In this document: positions 37,188 through 50,484 of the stretch, one piece after another | How the letters are laid out: every line of letters starts with the position of its first letter | Numbering within the stretch: position 1 is the first letter of the stretch | Source of the DNA: Octopus sinensis | Lineage: Eukaryota | Reading direction: 5' to 3' | Length of the DNA stretch: 64,000 bases | Assembly (NCBI RefSeq): GCF_006345805.1 | Contig: NC_042997.1 | Span: 212,970,001-213,034,000, forward strand | Program-made: the position numbers and the translations under genes | The notes under the pieces: generated by a model | Told to the model about the DNA's origin: nothing | The model's database searches: none | What the model saw: the letters and a program-made list of their open reading frames with translations, nothing else

Positions 37188-38905
37188 CACAACTTCTCTC
37201 GTCAACAAAATAAAACTTTTATTTTCTAGCATAAAATCTCAGAGCTGTTTTAGACCAATGTTTGGGTGCTGATTCCAAAACTCACCTCAGATTTGCTCTA
37301 TCACACCACATTTTTGTACCGTTTATATATGGAAGCACTCCGTCGGTTACAACAACGAGGGTTCCGGTTGATCCGAATCAACGGAACAGCCTGCTCGTGA
37401 AATTAACGTGTAAGTGGTTGAGCACTCCACAGACACGTGTACCCTTAACGTAGTTCTCGGGGATATTCAGCGTGACACAGAGAGTGACAAGGCCGGCCCT
37501 TTTGAAATACAGGTACAACAGAAACAGGAAGTAAGAGTGAGAGAAAGTTGTGGTGAAAGAGTACAGCAGGGATCACCGCCATCCCTGCCGGAGCCTCGTG
37601 GAGCTTTAGGTGTTTTCGCTCAATAAATACTCACAACGCCCGGTCTGGGAATCGAAACCACGATCCTATGACCGCGAGTCCGCTGCCCTAACCACTGGGC
37701 CATTGCGCCTCCACTACCGTTTATATATACACCCTTATTTACCTGGAGCATACCAAAAGTTAACTTTACACCATTATTTGCGGGAATATTGGTCAGATTG
37801 TCAGGTTAATTTTGAATATGTTCAAGCTGAATGTTGCTTTAAAGCCCTTAAAACCCTTTCTCCTCTTTTCAGGTGTGAACTGAACTGCTAAGATCCAGTT
37901 ATGGATACAACATCAAAAAGAAGGATGTGGTGTAATGACCCCGATATCTCATGCTACGTCTGTGGAAACTTCACTCCACAGGCTCAAAGGCGCAACATTA
38001 ATAACTTTGCCAAGGTGTGTCTTGCTTACTTTAAAGTAACATTTGGAGACCAGGACAAAAGCTGGGCTTCCTACAAAGTTTGCAAAACTTGTGTTGACAC
38101 TTGGTGTGATGAAGAAATTTATCAAAGTTGTTGATCACAATGGAGATTGCTCCAGATATATTTGTACAACCTTTCCAAGTGTCAGTGACGATAAGAAGGC
38201 AGGAATATTTAATGGACCTCAAATAAGAACACCCTTCAGGGATCCACATTTTGTTATAACAATGAGTGTGGAGGCGGCGGCGGCGGAGGCTAGAGCTTGG
38301 TGTAGCTTCTTTGATGTGGTGTGGAATTTCCTTGGGAACATGAAAGCTAACAACTATCAAGAGATTATGGAGGAGCTTCTCTCGAGTTTGCAAGCACTGG
38401 ATGTAGAATGAGCATTAAATTTCACTATTTAGTCACTTGAGTGAGTTTCCAGACGACCTGGATGGTTGACGTTAGCGATGAACAAGGCGAACACTTTCAT
38501 CCAGATGTAAAAGTAATGGAAGAACGCTACCAAGGCCGATGGGACTCAAACACGATGGCAGACGACTGCTGGAGCTTAATGAGAGACATTCCAGAAGCTG
38601 TACACAGGAGATTGTCAAATGAGTTGAAGTAATAAAACGATCAGAATTAATGGCCTCAATGAATAGAGATTTTGCATTCATATTTTGTTACAACCAAGCT
38701 TAATTCTTACATGTGTATTTACTCCCACAACTCTGTATTTTGATTTATTAAAAATTGCATCTACGCATGTTTAATTCTTCCTTTATGAGCGTTAAATAGC
38801 AGTCTATAGCAAAACAAAAAGATTTCATACTTCAAAAATCTAATGTGATAGACAAAATCTGATGCCAGATTTAGATTCAGCACTCCCAAATTAGCTGAAA
38901 AAAAA
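37188..38905 (+). mobile_element. Internally deleted Chapaev3-like (CMC) DNA transposon
   Basis: N-term CNDPDISCYVCG...FGDQDKSWA..VCK.C fused to C-term GIFNGPQIR...FLGN.KA.NY...SDEQGE.FH.D..VMEERYQGRWD..MADDCW. Inverted ends gggtgctgattcc..agatttgctctatcac / gtgatagacaaaatctg..gattcagcactccc. Confidence 0.75.
37331..37714 (-). mobile_element. tRNA(Arg-like)-derived SINE family C
   Basis: Head ggaggcgcaatggcccagtggttagggcagcggactcgcgg...gtttcgattcc; TSD taccgtttatatat at 37317-37330 and 37715-37728. Confidence 0.9.
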
Positions 38906-39125
38906 AAAAGAACCATCGATAAACCTTGTACCGGAAAATTTGCGTTAACCATTGTTATCTCTCTTGCAAATCTTTGACAGAATTTAAATTCCAAAGGAAG
39001 GACCTTCTCAACAATGTCAAACACAAAGTATGTTAGTCATGTTATATACCAGAATGTCTGTCACTTTTTAGAAAATATCTTATATTTTAAGTTGAAAAGT
39101 ACTGAATTTCAAAAATATTGTATCA

Positions 39126-39518
39126 CTAGCAGCATAGCCCGGCGTTGCCCGGGTATGTAAGAGCCCCTAGTAGGCAACGGCTAATCCCAATCGGGTCCTT
39201 TCTCTCTAGGGAACGAAGGCGCATGTGTAGGTTGCAATGTCTTCTCTTCACTCGAATACTTCTGTGTATACGATGTTCCTAGCTGTCCCTTTGGGCGATA
39301 AAAAGGTCGAGTTGTGTCCCCTAGACAGAAAATGTGTTGCATATAAAAAGCTTAGATTCTCGACCCCATGTCGAATTTATCGACTTTTTCAGAACTGGGG
39401 AACTTTTCAAAATTTTCGCTGCGTCAGTTTTGGTTGAAAGCCGTGGTCAGGGTGACGGTACAACCTGACAGACATACAGAGACACAGACAGACAAACTGC
39501 CGTTTATATATAGAGAGA
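39126..39518 (-). mobile_element. Non-autonomous Helitron
   Basis: Minus: TC-tctatatataaacggcag ... cccgggcaacgccggg-ctatgctg-CTAG|T. Confidence 0.88.
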
Positions 39519-39645
39519 TAAATGTGTGGTCGCGTGTAAGTAACAATCAAAAGGATTTATCAATGAAAAGAACCTTCCATATTCAGTGAGTTTTAGCAAT
39601 TTAGTAAGTCTGGTGGACGAACGAAAACTGCCAAAAGAGACAAAG

Positions 39646-40070
39646 GGCGATCTTTCGTCTCTAGTAAACCTTTCCGTCGATTTCCGTAAAATTTTTTTTT
39701 TGTTTTTACATATGGGCTTGCGGGAACTTTTGAAGTAATATACATACATATACACATACACCGAGTAAAAAATTTCAGTTATCTCTCTCTTTCACACATT
39801 ACTCTGTCTCTTCACACACACTAACAGAAGCACTTCACTTACACAACATACTGTCTGTCTCCCACACCCCATCAAACACACACACGCACACACATGTACA
39901 TCAATGCGTCCCATGCACGGTAACTTCAAAAGAACTTCCCTCGTCATACAATCGCTTTCTCTTAGCCTCTTTCACTCTCATTACTTCAAAAGTTCCCGCA
40001 AGCCCATATGTAAAAAAAAAAAATTTTTACGGAAATCGACGGAAAGGTCTACTAGAGACGAAAGATTGCC
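39646..40070. mobile_element. MITE with ~95-bp TIRs and 8-bp TSD (Merlin-like)
   Basis: TSD agacaaag on both sides; TIRs start GGC(G/A)ATCTTTCGTCTCTAG. Confidence 0.8.
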
Positions 40071-41096
40071 AGACAAAGCAATCATAAGATTGATAATGTA
40101 AAATGACACCAACCATGATGAATTAACCGATGGAAATGAAGGGCAATGAAAGGAAAAAGGATATAATACAGATTTTCATTAAATTCTTCAGCTTAAAATA
40201 CGGACTGACTTTGAGCAGGGAAATAGCTGTGATATGGAAGTGAAGTCACAAGGAAAAACGAATTCAATTTGAATAAAGAATACATTCTCATTATGCATTG
40301 AACTCGCTTCCGCTTCCATTTCTGAGTTGCAGCATCTGAAAGTATTTTGTGTGTGCATGTGTGTGTGTGTGTGTGGTGTGTGTGTGTGTGTGTGTGTGTG
40401 CGTGCGCGCGTGCGTGTGCGTGCGCACGTGTATAAAGTTTGGAGTTTCTTAAGGTCGTGTGCCTTTGAGACAAAAGTTTCTAACGTTTCAGATAGATTCC
40501 TTATTCGTTGAACGAGAAAAGCATTTTCCTCCAAATTTAGTCCATGAGAAGAGAATTAACGCAGCAGAAAGTGACAGGAAATGACAGAGAATCGGTGATT
40601 ATAGTCGCATGGAATAGAAGAGAAAAGAAAAGCGACTAGCAAAAGAAAAGACAAGTTGGGACGGGATTGATTTGGAGATGGAGAAAGAATAACAGTGGAA
40701 AGGGAAGGGGTTAGACGAGCGGAAGAATTCAAGGATTTTGTCTGCAACATCGAACTTAGGAATTTCCAATTTTACAAATAATTACAACTTTTGCTGGTGT
40801 TGTGATGAGAGCTACGACGCCCCCTTGCCAGAGATAGACTGGTCCGAGTAACGATCCGAGTGAATTCAAAGTTCACGGTTCGTCGTCGGAGTTGAGTGTT
40901 GGGTTTTTTCAGAGTTGGCCGTTATGATTTTGTAAGTTATCGAAATTTTCTTCTCGAAAATTCGTTATTGTTGAACGTATTACACAATGTAACACATGTT
41001 TTGTTTATTTATATTTTTTAATGTATATATTTGCATTTTTTGCCACTAAACTAAAAAATCACATTCATTTTTACGTAACCGATAGTTATTTATTTA

Positions 41097-42750
41097 CTAG
41101 CAGAGATACCCGGCGTTGCCCATGTTACATACAATCGAAGAATTAGACTTTTCTGTTATATTTTCTCTAATGAACTGGAATATCTATGTTTCGAAATTCA
41201 TCAAAATTGCAGATGAGGGTTATTTCCCTCTTTACAGACCCCCCAAAAATTGTAATCGTGCCACATATATCCCATATTACTGATTTTTATGCGCATATTC
41301 CAAAATTCCAGTTTTATTGAACCTGTTAAAAAGATTTTGCTCCTGAAAAATGAGGGTCATAGAGAAAATGTGAGAGTTAAGGCCCTTGTTGGGGGTGGGC
41401 ATCTTAATATCAACCACAGAAGTTGAATTGTTGAGAATCTTTTTAACTTGGGTCTTATATCTATTGTTTGAATTTCTTTGGGTTTGTAAAAGAGAGCAAA
41501 GCTACAGGAAACCAAAAGACGAATAATCACAATACGCAGTCAGCTATAGTACCCTAGACGTTACCACTCCCAATGTAGGATTCCGCACCATCCAGATGAC
41601 AGGCACAGCAGTAAGATGCATTACGAATTTATAGCAATTGGAAGGGCATGACCCAACTGAAATAAACATTAACAACTGTCTGACGTGAGGGCTAAGGAGA
41701 AATGAAAGTTGGAGCTTGCAAATGACCACTATACTGATATGTAACTGGACAGAATAAATTTACAATCTATAAATGTCTTTGAATAACCAGTCACTCATCT
41801 GGAAAGGCCTTGAAATCAATGTTACCATGTGGGGACTATGTGTGACCGAGTGATAATAAAAAGACTGAAAGGAGGTCTGCAATCAAATAACTTTATTCAA
41901 CACTTTGCAACTGAATCTGTGGAGGCAAAGATGCCTCTCATTTACTTGACAATTTATGCAGCACATTGCAGAAATCACAATGTAAGTGTATGTCAAAGCA
42001 AACTCTTACACTGTTGTACCATTGAATTACAAATAATGCGCATCTTCTATGCTCGGATGACCCCCACAGCTTCCAAGAGTACAACTATTCGTCTTTGCTT
42101 AGATAAAATGACAAAATTGTGGGTGTTAAGTCCCCATGGTGGGTTCTTTATAAGTTGTAAGAAGTTGAAATTTTATAAATATTACTTTATTTGTATCTAA
42201 TATCTATGGTTAAAATTTCATCAACAGCAAAAATATATGAATTGTCATGGGGGTTGTGGCCCTTATGCATAGAATATAATTTCCAAATTTCGTAAAGATC
42301 CATTCAGTACTTTTGACTTAGTTTTGGATCATAAAAGAAATGACTAAAATTTGGGAGTTAAGGCCCCCATTTGGCTGTCTTAGAATCCTCATGTGAAGTG
42401 GAAACTTTGAGAATACGTCTTGATGTGTGTCAATTACCCATGGTTGAAATTTCATCAACATCGAAAATTTATGAATTTCCTTGGGGGTTCTGCCTCCTTT
42501 AAGCCATTTGAAATTCAAACCAAACATATTGCATTATACCCGCCCTTATGCATTGAATCTAAGTTTCAAATATCATAAGGATCCATTCAGTGATTTTAGT
42601 TCATGAAATTGTATGAAACACACAGCAATACCCTTCTCCCTAGGCTTGGATTTTGTGTTCCAAATTTCATTATGATCGGTGCAGCAGTTTTCGAATGTAT
42701 AAGTAATACACGAACACATAAAGACATTGTCTTTGATATAATAAATATGA
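41097..42750 (-). mobile_element. Non-autonomous Helitron (~1.65 kb) with internal non-repetitive cargo
   Basis: 3' end ...caacgccgggtatctctg-CTAG|T; 5' end tcatatttattatatcaaagac; internal aaatttcat..gatc subrepeats. Confidence 0.65.
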
Positions 42751-42762
42751 ATGTACACATAT

Positions 42763-42826
<64 letters not shown>

Positions 42827-43110
42827 TGTGTGTGTGTGTGTGTATGTATATGTGCGTGTGTGTGTGTATTATATATATATATATATATACACACACAAAG
42901 ACAAATTGATAGATACAACTGAGTTGGCAAACAAAAATATGAGACACAGCGTAGTGGCTTTTTTATGTTGATAAGCTGGTACTTATTCTATTAGTTTCTT
43001 CTTTTTGAAACCAGTAAGTTATGGAGATGTAAATAAACGAAGAGCAGTTGTGAAGCAATGATGAGGGTGAAACACAAAAACAAAGTCACACACATACACT
43101 TAAATATATA

Positions 43111-43450
43111 CACTTGCGTCAGAAATTAATTAGCACTTCTCAAATTTCTACATTAAATAGGTTAAATCAATTAACCTATGAGCTGTTCAAAACGTCTTAC
43201 GCGATGAGAAAACTTAGTATGGTGTGATTTCGGTCCTTGCGAGGTGCTACCTATATCTATTAAACAAAGGAAGATTTGTCTGCATCCGCACTCCAAGTTG
43301 TTGCACTGCTATGTCAACATCATAAGGCTGTAGACTCTCAAACTGCTCTGCAAACAAAGTTACGTCATCGTTCTGCGCAACAGTGAACTCGCAACAAAGC
43401 AATAGTTCGAGATATGGCCACTAGGTGACAATTAATTTCTGACGGTAGTG
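43111..43450. mobile_element. Tc1/mariner-type MITE
   Basis: TA|cacttgcgtcagaaattaatt ... aattaatttctgacggtagtg|TA. Confidence 0.8.
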
Positions 43451-44011
43451 TACATACATATATATACGATTGATTTCTTTAAGTTTCTGACTACGAAATC
43501 TATATCTATATATGTGTGCGTGTGCGTGTGTGCGTGCGTGTGTGTGTGTGTACACACACACACACACAAAGATAAATTGTGCGGGAAAACAAAAATATGA
43601 GATACTGCCTAGTGGAGTTTTTTTATATTTTGATAAGCCTGGTACTTATTCTATCAGTTTCTTCTTGTGAAACCAGTAAGTGATGGGGATGTAAATAAAC
43701 GAACAGCAGTTGTGAGGCAGTAATGAGGGAGAAACACAAAGACACACACATAGACTTAATATATACTTACATATACATGCAATTGATTTCTTTCAGTTTC
43801 AGTCTACAAAATCCACTGACAAGTCTTTGGTTGGTCTGAAGCTTTAACAGAAGACACGTGCCAAGTTACCACACAGTGGGACTGAACTGAGGACCATGTG
43901 TTTTGGAACGAAGTTTGTTACCACACACCCACACCTGCACTTATGTATGTTTGTGTGTGGGTGTGGGTGTGGGTGTGTGCATATGTATATATGTGAATAT
44001 ATATGTGTACA

Positions 44012-44047
<36 letters not shown>

Positions 44048-44302
44048 TCTACTCATATACATGTATACATATGCATCTTTATGTATAGAAATAAATGTAT
44101 ACATATACAGCTATACACACATACACACACACACATACATAGGTGCAGGTGTGGCTGTCTGGTGACAAACTTCGTTCCAAAACATATGGTTCTGAGTTTA
44201 AATTTAAATTTAAAATAATATGGGTGAGAAATTGAATATTAATTTGATTAATATGAATTGAAAACCAGTGGTGTAGCATACAAGACCATAGCGGATCTTC
44301 TT

Positions 44303-44783
44303 CTAGCAAAATGGATGTCCACTGTTAATGGTTCATCCCTGTTATATAATAGTTTGACTTTAATAGTTTCAGTATTAAAGTGAAAGTATCTGACATTACA
44401 ATACAGAGATGTTTTTGTTTCACTTTTAACACGTAATACTGAAATAGTGGAGAAGATATATTGTTGTAGGCTCATCCTAGGCAAGAAGTTAGAAGTTTTT
44501 TTGCCCATGGCTCTACATGGACCCTAAGTAAGGCATGTGTAAAATTTAAATGAAATTGGTTGTGTAGTTCTCAAGTTTTAGGGATTCATAGTGGAGAAGA
44601 TATATTGCTGTGGGCTCACCTTAGGCAAAAAGTTTTTTAAAAATTGCCCATGACACTCCCTGGACCCTAAGTAAGGCATGTGTAAAATTTGAATGAAATT
44701 GGTTGTGTAGTTCTCAAGTTTTAGGGAAACACACAGACAGACAGACAGACAGACACACATTCTCAGTTTTATATATATAAAGA
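44303..44783 (-). mobile_element. Helitron-like element with internal ~146-bp tandem duplication
   Basis: 5' tctttatatatataaaactgagaatgtgtgtctgtctgtc; degenerate 3' CTAG; tagtggagaagatatattg...tctcaagttttaggga duplicated. Confidence 0.65.
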
Positions 44784-45690
44784 TTCCTAATTTCATATTT
44801 GCTCGTTACATTTGTAACTTTTCTCTACAGCACTTTGTTGGTTCAATTTATTCTAGTATTGTAAGGATAATTACACAACATTTAGTACTTTTTCATATAT
44901 TGAAAGGTATTTAGGAAGTATAATATTAGTTAGAACAAAAAGAAGCAATAAAACTCTGCACTGTGAATGCCTTGATAACTCTTTTCTTAAGATGAGAAGT
45001 GCTTTGACGATCGAGATTTTCTGGAGAATATACCTTCATCTCTTCTGACTAGAGACCATTTATAATCTCCCATCATAGCAGTATCCCATTGTCCTTGGTA
45101 TCTTCTTTCCATAGTTGTGATTTCCTGATGAAATCTCTCACCATGCTCCTCACTGATATCACCGAAGTTTTCGGGGGAAAATCTAGGTGAGAGTGCAAAA
45201 GATGAACCTTTAAGGACATACGACGACCCATTTTCTTGAAGTTTTCAATAAGCTTTGCTACCAGTTGTTTGTAATTAGGAACCTTGTGATTTCCTAGGAA
45301 TCCACGAACTACATCACGAAACGCACACCAAGCTTCTTTTTCAACTTTTGTCATCGCTCTTTCCAGTTTCTTCGACTTCAGCATTGCATTTACTTGGGGC
45401 CCAACAAATATGTCATCCTTGATCTTAGCCTCAGAGAGCTTTGGAAAAATAAGGTAAATTTCTTGAAAAGCTTCTCCTCTAAAATCTAAGGCCTTCACAA
45501 ACTGTTTTACCAATCTGAGTTTGATATGAAGTGGGGGGGGGGGTAATAAGATTTTGTTGGAATCTACTAGGGGCTGTTTGAGAACATTTAACATTCCTGG
45601 CTGCAGTTCCACTCGTGGGGGCCAATGTACTCTCTTGTAATGATGATCATCAGCTCTGCTCTCCCATAAGCAAAGTAGAGGGCGCATGAA
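44784..45690 (-). pseudogene. Chapaev3-like transposase C-terminal half with 3' end
   Basis: LCLWESRA..HY..V.WP.R..L.PG..NV..PLVD..KILLP.PLHIKL.LVKQFVKALD...IFVGPQ...FLGN...MSLKVHLLHSHLDF; same family as 37188-38905. Confidence 0.85.
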
Positions 45691-45695
45691 GGCAA

Positions 45696-46783
45696 TGTGT
45701 CCTCTAAGAGAGTTACATGTAGAAGAGAGGCTAATGACTATGGATGACTCAATGAGAGACGACGAAGCAGAGAAAGAGAAAGAAAAGGCGAGAGAGTTGC
45801 ATGCGGAAGAGAGACTCATGACTATGGATGACTCAATGAGAGACGACGAAGCAGAGATAGAGAAGGAAAAAGAAAGAAAAGAAGAAAAAGAGGAAGAGAA
45901 AAAGGAAGTAGCAATGGATAGAAAAAGAACACGGGTGGAATCGTCACCGAAAAACCCAAAACCAGAAGAATGGAAAAAAAGAAAATTGTTGATGAGAAAG
46001 AAACAGCAGAGAATCGAACTCAGGAAGTGAAGCAAACAACAAGTAGATCAAGTGAAGCAAGAAGGGAGGAGAAAGTTAATGAGTGGGAGGAAAGGGTGGA
46101 AGAACGTATGTAAGTTATCGCAAAAGAAGGAAGACGTAAGGGAGGGAACTTGAGGAAATTGATGTATTAGGAAAAAGGAACGGAAATCGGAAAAAGAGGA
46201 CTGGCTATAATGAAGGGGTCAGTAAGAGTGAAGTTGAATCCTGAAATGTATGATGAAGAACTGAGAGCAGTGTTGCTAGACTAAGAAAGAATAGACAGAT
46301 TGGTAGAGTTATTGCCGGACACTGTTGTGGCAGCCGGACTCTATGTGCGTTACGACAGTTTGCCCAGCGTGGTGGAGCTGGAGGAACTGACGGAGCACAT
46401 AACTGATGAATACCCTTGTATACGTGAACAGTAAAATGGAACTGCGAGCTTTTGGGGGGTTCGTAAGTCATTCCATTCTATTCATCGTAAATATTCCATT
46501 TCATAATTATTTTTCGTTATATGTACCCCATGTTTTGTGATGTCTGTCCTTGTTGTGTCCACTCTCTATTCAGGCTATATGCCTAAAATAAAGATTTGAG
46601 TTCGGAGTCGAGTGAAGTTCGTGTTAGTTCACGGTGAAGTCGGAAGGTGTCGGTTGGTTAGTTCACAAGCAATATTGACTGTTGGTTCGTAAAGAGATTT
46701 GTTAGTTTGTTACATTGTTGTTACTGTTGTCTGGTGATCTTATTTATTGTAGGTAACAAATTACGTTACAACATCTGGTGTAG
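45696..46783 (+). mobile_element. LTR-like sequence truncating the Chapaev3 copy
   Basis: Purine-rich 5' part with an 84-bp internal duplication, AATAAA at ~46587, ends gttacaaca followed by a PBS-like tctggtg. No TSD found. Confidence 0.4.
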
Positions 46784-47064
46784 ACTATACCTTCTTTCTC
46801 TGCATTCTAGCGTTTTACACGCATATAAATGTGCGCACGCACACACACACAGATAAGCTTACACAAACATAACTGGTCATAGATACAGACGATACCGATG
46901 GTGATGATTATCATTATCATAATCCAAAAGATTCCCTTCTGCGTTGGAGAAACTGTCTAGCAACAGGATTACAAGAATATTTGACAGGAATTAACGAGCA
47001 ACCAAAAACTTATTCCTATCCAACTTTCTTTCATTTCTGTCAATCTAGATTTTTCTGTTTTACT

Positions 47065-47652
47065 TGTAGTGATCCTGCAACGGCGCGCGCTCGCGCACCG
47101 TCCATTTGTATTTCGCACGTGTTGGTGCCTTTACCAAGGCACAGAAAGGAAGGGCCCTCTCGCGCATGCGCGAACCACCGGAAGCACGACCCTGGCCAAG
47201 GCAGGGGGATCGTAGAACGTTTGACCACTAGCAGCAGCAAGCGGGGACTTGGGACCCAGCGATTGAAGGCGGCGGTCACGCATATATTCTCTCCGGTTGA
47301 TAGCAGCAGTCGGCCGAATGCCTTTAACCAAATTGTTGCCGACCACATTCAACTTCCCTGTTCGACGCCATCTTGAACCCGTTCTGGTTTCATCGGCTGA
47401 ATATTGTAAATATTACAATCGATTAACTTTCAGCCTTGCGCGCCCAGAATCAAGGACATCAGATAACACACTTATTGTTATTGTTACCAAGAAAGAGAAT
47501 AAAGTAGTATATATATATTTTACGTCTGCGTCTTGTTGTTTCTGACTAGTAAAATTCTGGATTATTAAAGCAACGGCTAGTGAGTGATTGCTTTCTTGTA
47601 CCCCGAAAGTACAAGACAATATATTCACACACTCACACAGAAGCTCGTTACA
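47065..47652 (-). mobile_element. Solo LTR (TGTAAC...ACTACA), CpG-rich
   Basis: Inverted homolog of 57357-57949; flanks tact/actt (imperfect TSD). Confidence 0.8.
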
Positions 47653-48399
47653 ACTTTCATGATTTATCAATAAAAATATGAATTATTGCAGTAAGGAACC
47701 AACAGCTTTTAGCGATTTTCCAGTCCGTGTTCACTTTAATTGACAAACTCCGAAACATGAACCATCAACAAATGGACGAACGTTGCCAATCATTGCTAAC
47801 ATTTGCAATTTTCACTGAATTTTGTCAGCAAGAATTTGTTATTGTTGTTGTTGATGTTATGAGTAGAAGATTCACTGACATACAACGTTAATTAAGCAGA
47901 GATTGGTGAGCACGGTAAGAGTTGGGGAAAAAAAAGTAATCAAATGAAAGTCAATAAAATTAATTAGATTCAATGTTACCAAATAGAAAAAAAAATTCAA
48001 ATCTATCAAATTGCAGAAGAAACCAACTCCTTTTAGTTGATGTAATAACATTTCTTTTTAATATTCGAACCAAGAATGTAAAGATAGAATTGTGGCTTTA
48101 GGAAACTTGAAACAAGTATTAGAAGCAATTTTGAATACTGACGGAATCTGCTACACACTTAACACACAGGAGTAAAATGTCATTCGAACCCTTAAATTCA
48201 TAAGAGTAAGACTGTTCCATTGATCTACATTGCTATATAATTGTTTGATTCCCAATTTTGAGTGGTTTTCAGTTGAATTTTTATGGAGACTGTGGTAGTT
48301 CAGGTTGTCCTTTCTAGTTAATTTTCAAAGAAAATGTTTCCAATCAACAAACCTAATGTTCAAGACCTTGAGATTATCTTATGTGACGTCATGCAATCT

Positions 48400-49500
48400 T
48401 TTATTTATTTGCTCTGGGGCCGCTGATCAAGAACTAATCTATATATATAAAACTCTAGTTGTGTGAGTGTCTGTCTCCTACGATTTAGATTCCTAACTCC
48501 TCCCACATTTTGCGGTGCAGTTTAACCAAATTCGGGTATCTTATAGTCGTGATTAATATCGAGCCCGTCTGGCTATTAGCGCGTGTCTACGATGAGTCTA
48601 CGATTTAAAAATAATTTAACATAATTTTTTATTCCATTTTAATGCATAATTTTTCGTGTGTCGATGGCGGCGGAGTTGGCGTCCACGCTCAAACACCTGC
48701 ACCTATTTGCTTCTCTCCCTTCCCTCCCTCGTGAAGCTGTGGGGAAGGGAGTGTAAGGAAATCAACGTCGTAAAGCGTTGTCAAGGAGACCAGCGTTCTT
48801 TTAGAACAACGACTTCATGGCTTGAAGACACCAAAACAGAAATGGCTAAGAAAGCCCGAATTGGCATCTATAAGGGAAGTAACTCTCTAAAAATGCTTAT
48901 ATAGTTATTTCCTTTACAAACCCGAGCAACGCCGGGCGATACTGCTAGTTTACCATAAAATAAAGTCTTTAGAGGTCTATGACCATCAAGACGGATGACA
49001 CCAACAACCTGTTTCACAGGGTATTTGATGAGGCGAGCTTCCATATAAAACACAGATCTCCTATTTTCACATTTCTGTATCAAGTGTAAAAAGTTTATTA
49101 CTGATGTTCAATAAACAACTCAGACACTTCTGGTGAAATCTCGAATATTTTAAAGTGTCTTTGTTCTGGTGTCCATGTCTCAGATAATTTGTTGACGAAA
49201 GCATCATAAGTGCGAAGCTTGGTGGAAATTGTCAAGTCTCTCTCTGGCCAGATCAGTTTCCCGAGTGTCTTCTATGCAACAGAACCTTCTCAATCCTTAT
49301 ACTGACCTCTATGGATCCATTCCTGTCTACAGGGATGGTACTAAAGAGATCTGAGCTACACAAAAAAATCTATGATATCAAATCTGTTCCTTTAAACAAT
49401 TGTATTTGGTTCCAGATGCACCACATCTCGAACAGGTGTAAATTTCACCATTTGTTTTTTGCTTTTTTTTTCAAACTAAAAGTAGCTCAGACACAAGCGG
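48400..49500 (-). mobile_element. Decayed RTE (BovB-like) RT C-terminus with inserted Helitron
   Basis: ...ISTKLRTYDAFV...SETWT.EQRHFK...G..IRLDGHRPLKTLFYGKL. Confidence 0.6.
48438..48948 (+). mobile_element. Non-autonomous Helitron, 511 bp
   Basis: A|TCtatatatataaaac ... cccgagcaacgccggg-cgatactg-CTAG|T. Confidence 0.92.
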
Positions 49501-49532
49501 GGATGTTCATTGTTGTCTGAAAATCTTATTCC

Positions 49533-49564
<32 letters not shown>

Positions 49565-50019
49565 TGTATGTATGTATGTATGTATGTATGTATGTATGTA
49601 TGTACGTACGTACGTACGTACGTATTCATTCATTCATTCATTCATTCATTCATCTATCTATGTGTGTGTGTGTGTGTGTTCGAAGAACAACAGGAGATAT
49701 AGAAATCAATGCATATCATCATCATCACCATCATTTAACGTCTATTTTCCAGTGTAATCTTTGGTATGGTTTCTTTGACCGGATGCCCTTCCGGAAGTCA
49801 AATGCTCTTTCTTTCAGCGACAAAGATGCGCGTGAATCAAAATTAAATATATGCGGTATGCTCGTGCATATATATATATATACATGTGCGTTTGATGGGG
49901 TGCACAGAATTGATATTTCCTAAGAAATGGAATTATTCATTTTGAATAACATTGAATTCAAGTAAAAAGCATGATAACATTTGTTTGAACGACCCCAATA
50001 ATGCTCTCAGTCTCCACCG

Positions 50020-50138
<119 letters not shown>

Positions 50139-50484
50139 CCAGCAATGATAGCAACAGTGCACCCATTAAGGTCTTCTCTGCCAAGATTATTTGAACAATC
50201 TAGTTATTTCATAGTCGCAGCAAACGTACGCACACATACTCACACGCACATACACAAGCACACGCGCACGAACACATACACACATGCACACACACATTCT
50301 ACGTATGTAGGTATGTATATATGCATGTACGTACGTATGTATGTATGTATTACTGGTAATTCTGCTATCAGCTGTTATCAATGGGAAATACACTAGACAC
50401 ATATGGTGTTTTTACGCCTTTTTGCCATTAGACAGAATCTTTCTCCATGGTAACTGCAGTGAATTTGTCTTTTAGCAGTTGAAA

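Noticed and set aside
40165-40200. Minus-strand CTGAAGA-atttaat-GAAA as a minimal hammerhead
   Set aside because: Only 2 A-U pairs in stem II and no stem I; consistent with chance.
40540-41000. Additional solo LTR
   Set aside because: Purine-rich, LTR-like composition but no defined TG...CA termini or TSD found.
45686-46030. 114-aa E/K/R-rich ORF as a host protein
   Set aside because: Arises from purine-rich LTR-like sequence with an 84-bp duplication; its antisense simply extends the transposase ORF.
45073-46035. 320-aa ORF as an intact gene
   Set aside because: Chimera of antisense LTR-like sequence and a frameshifted transposase fragment.
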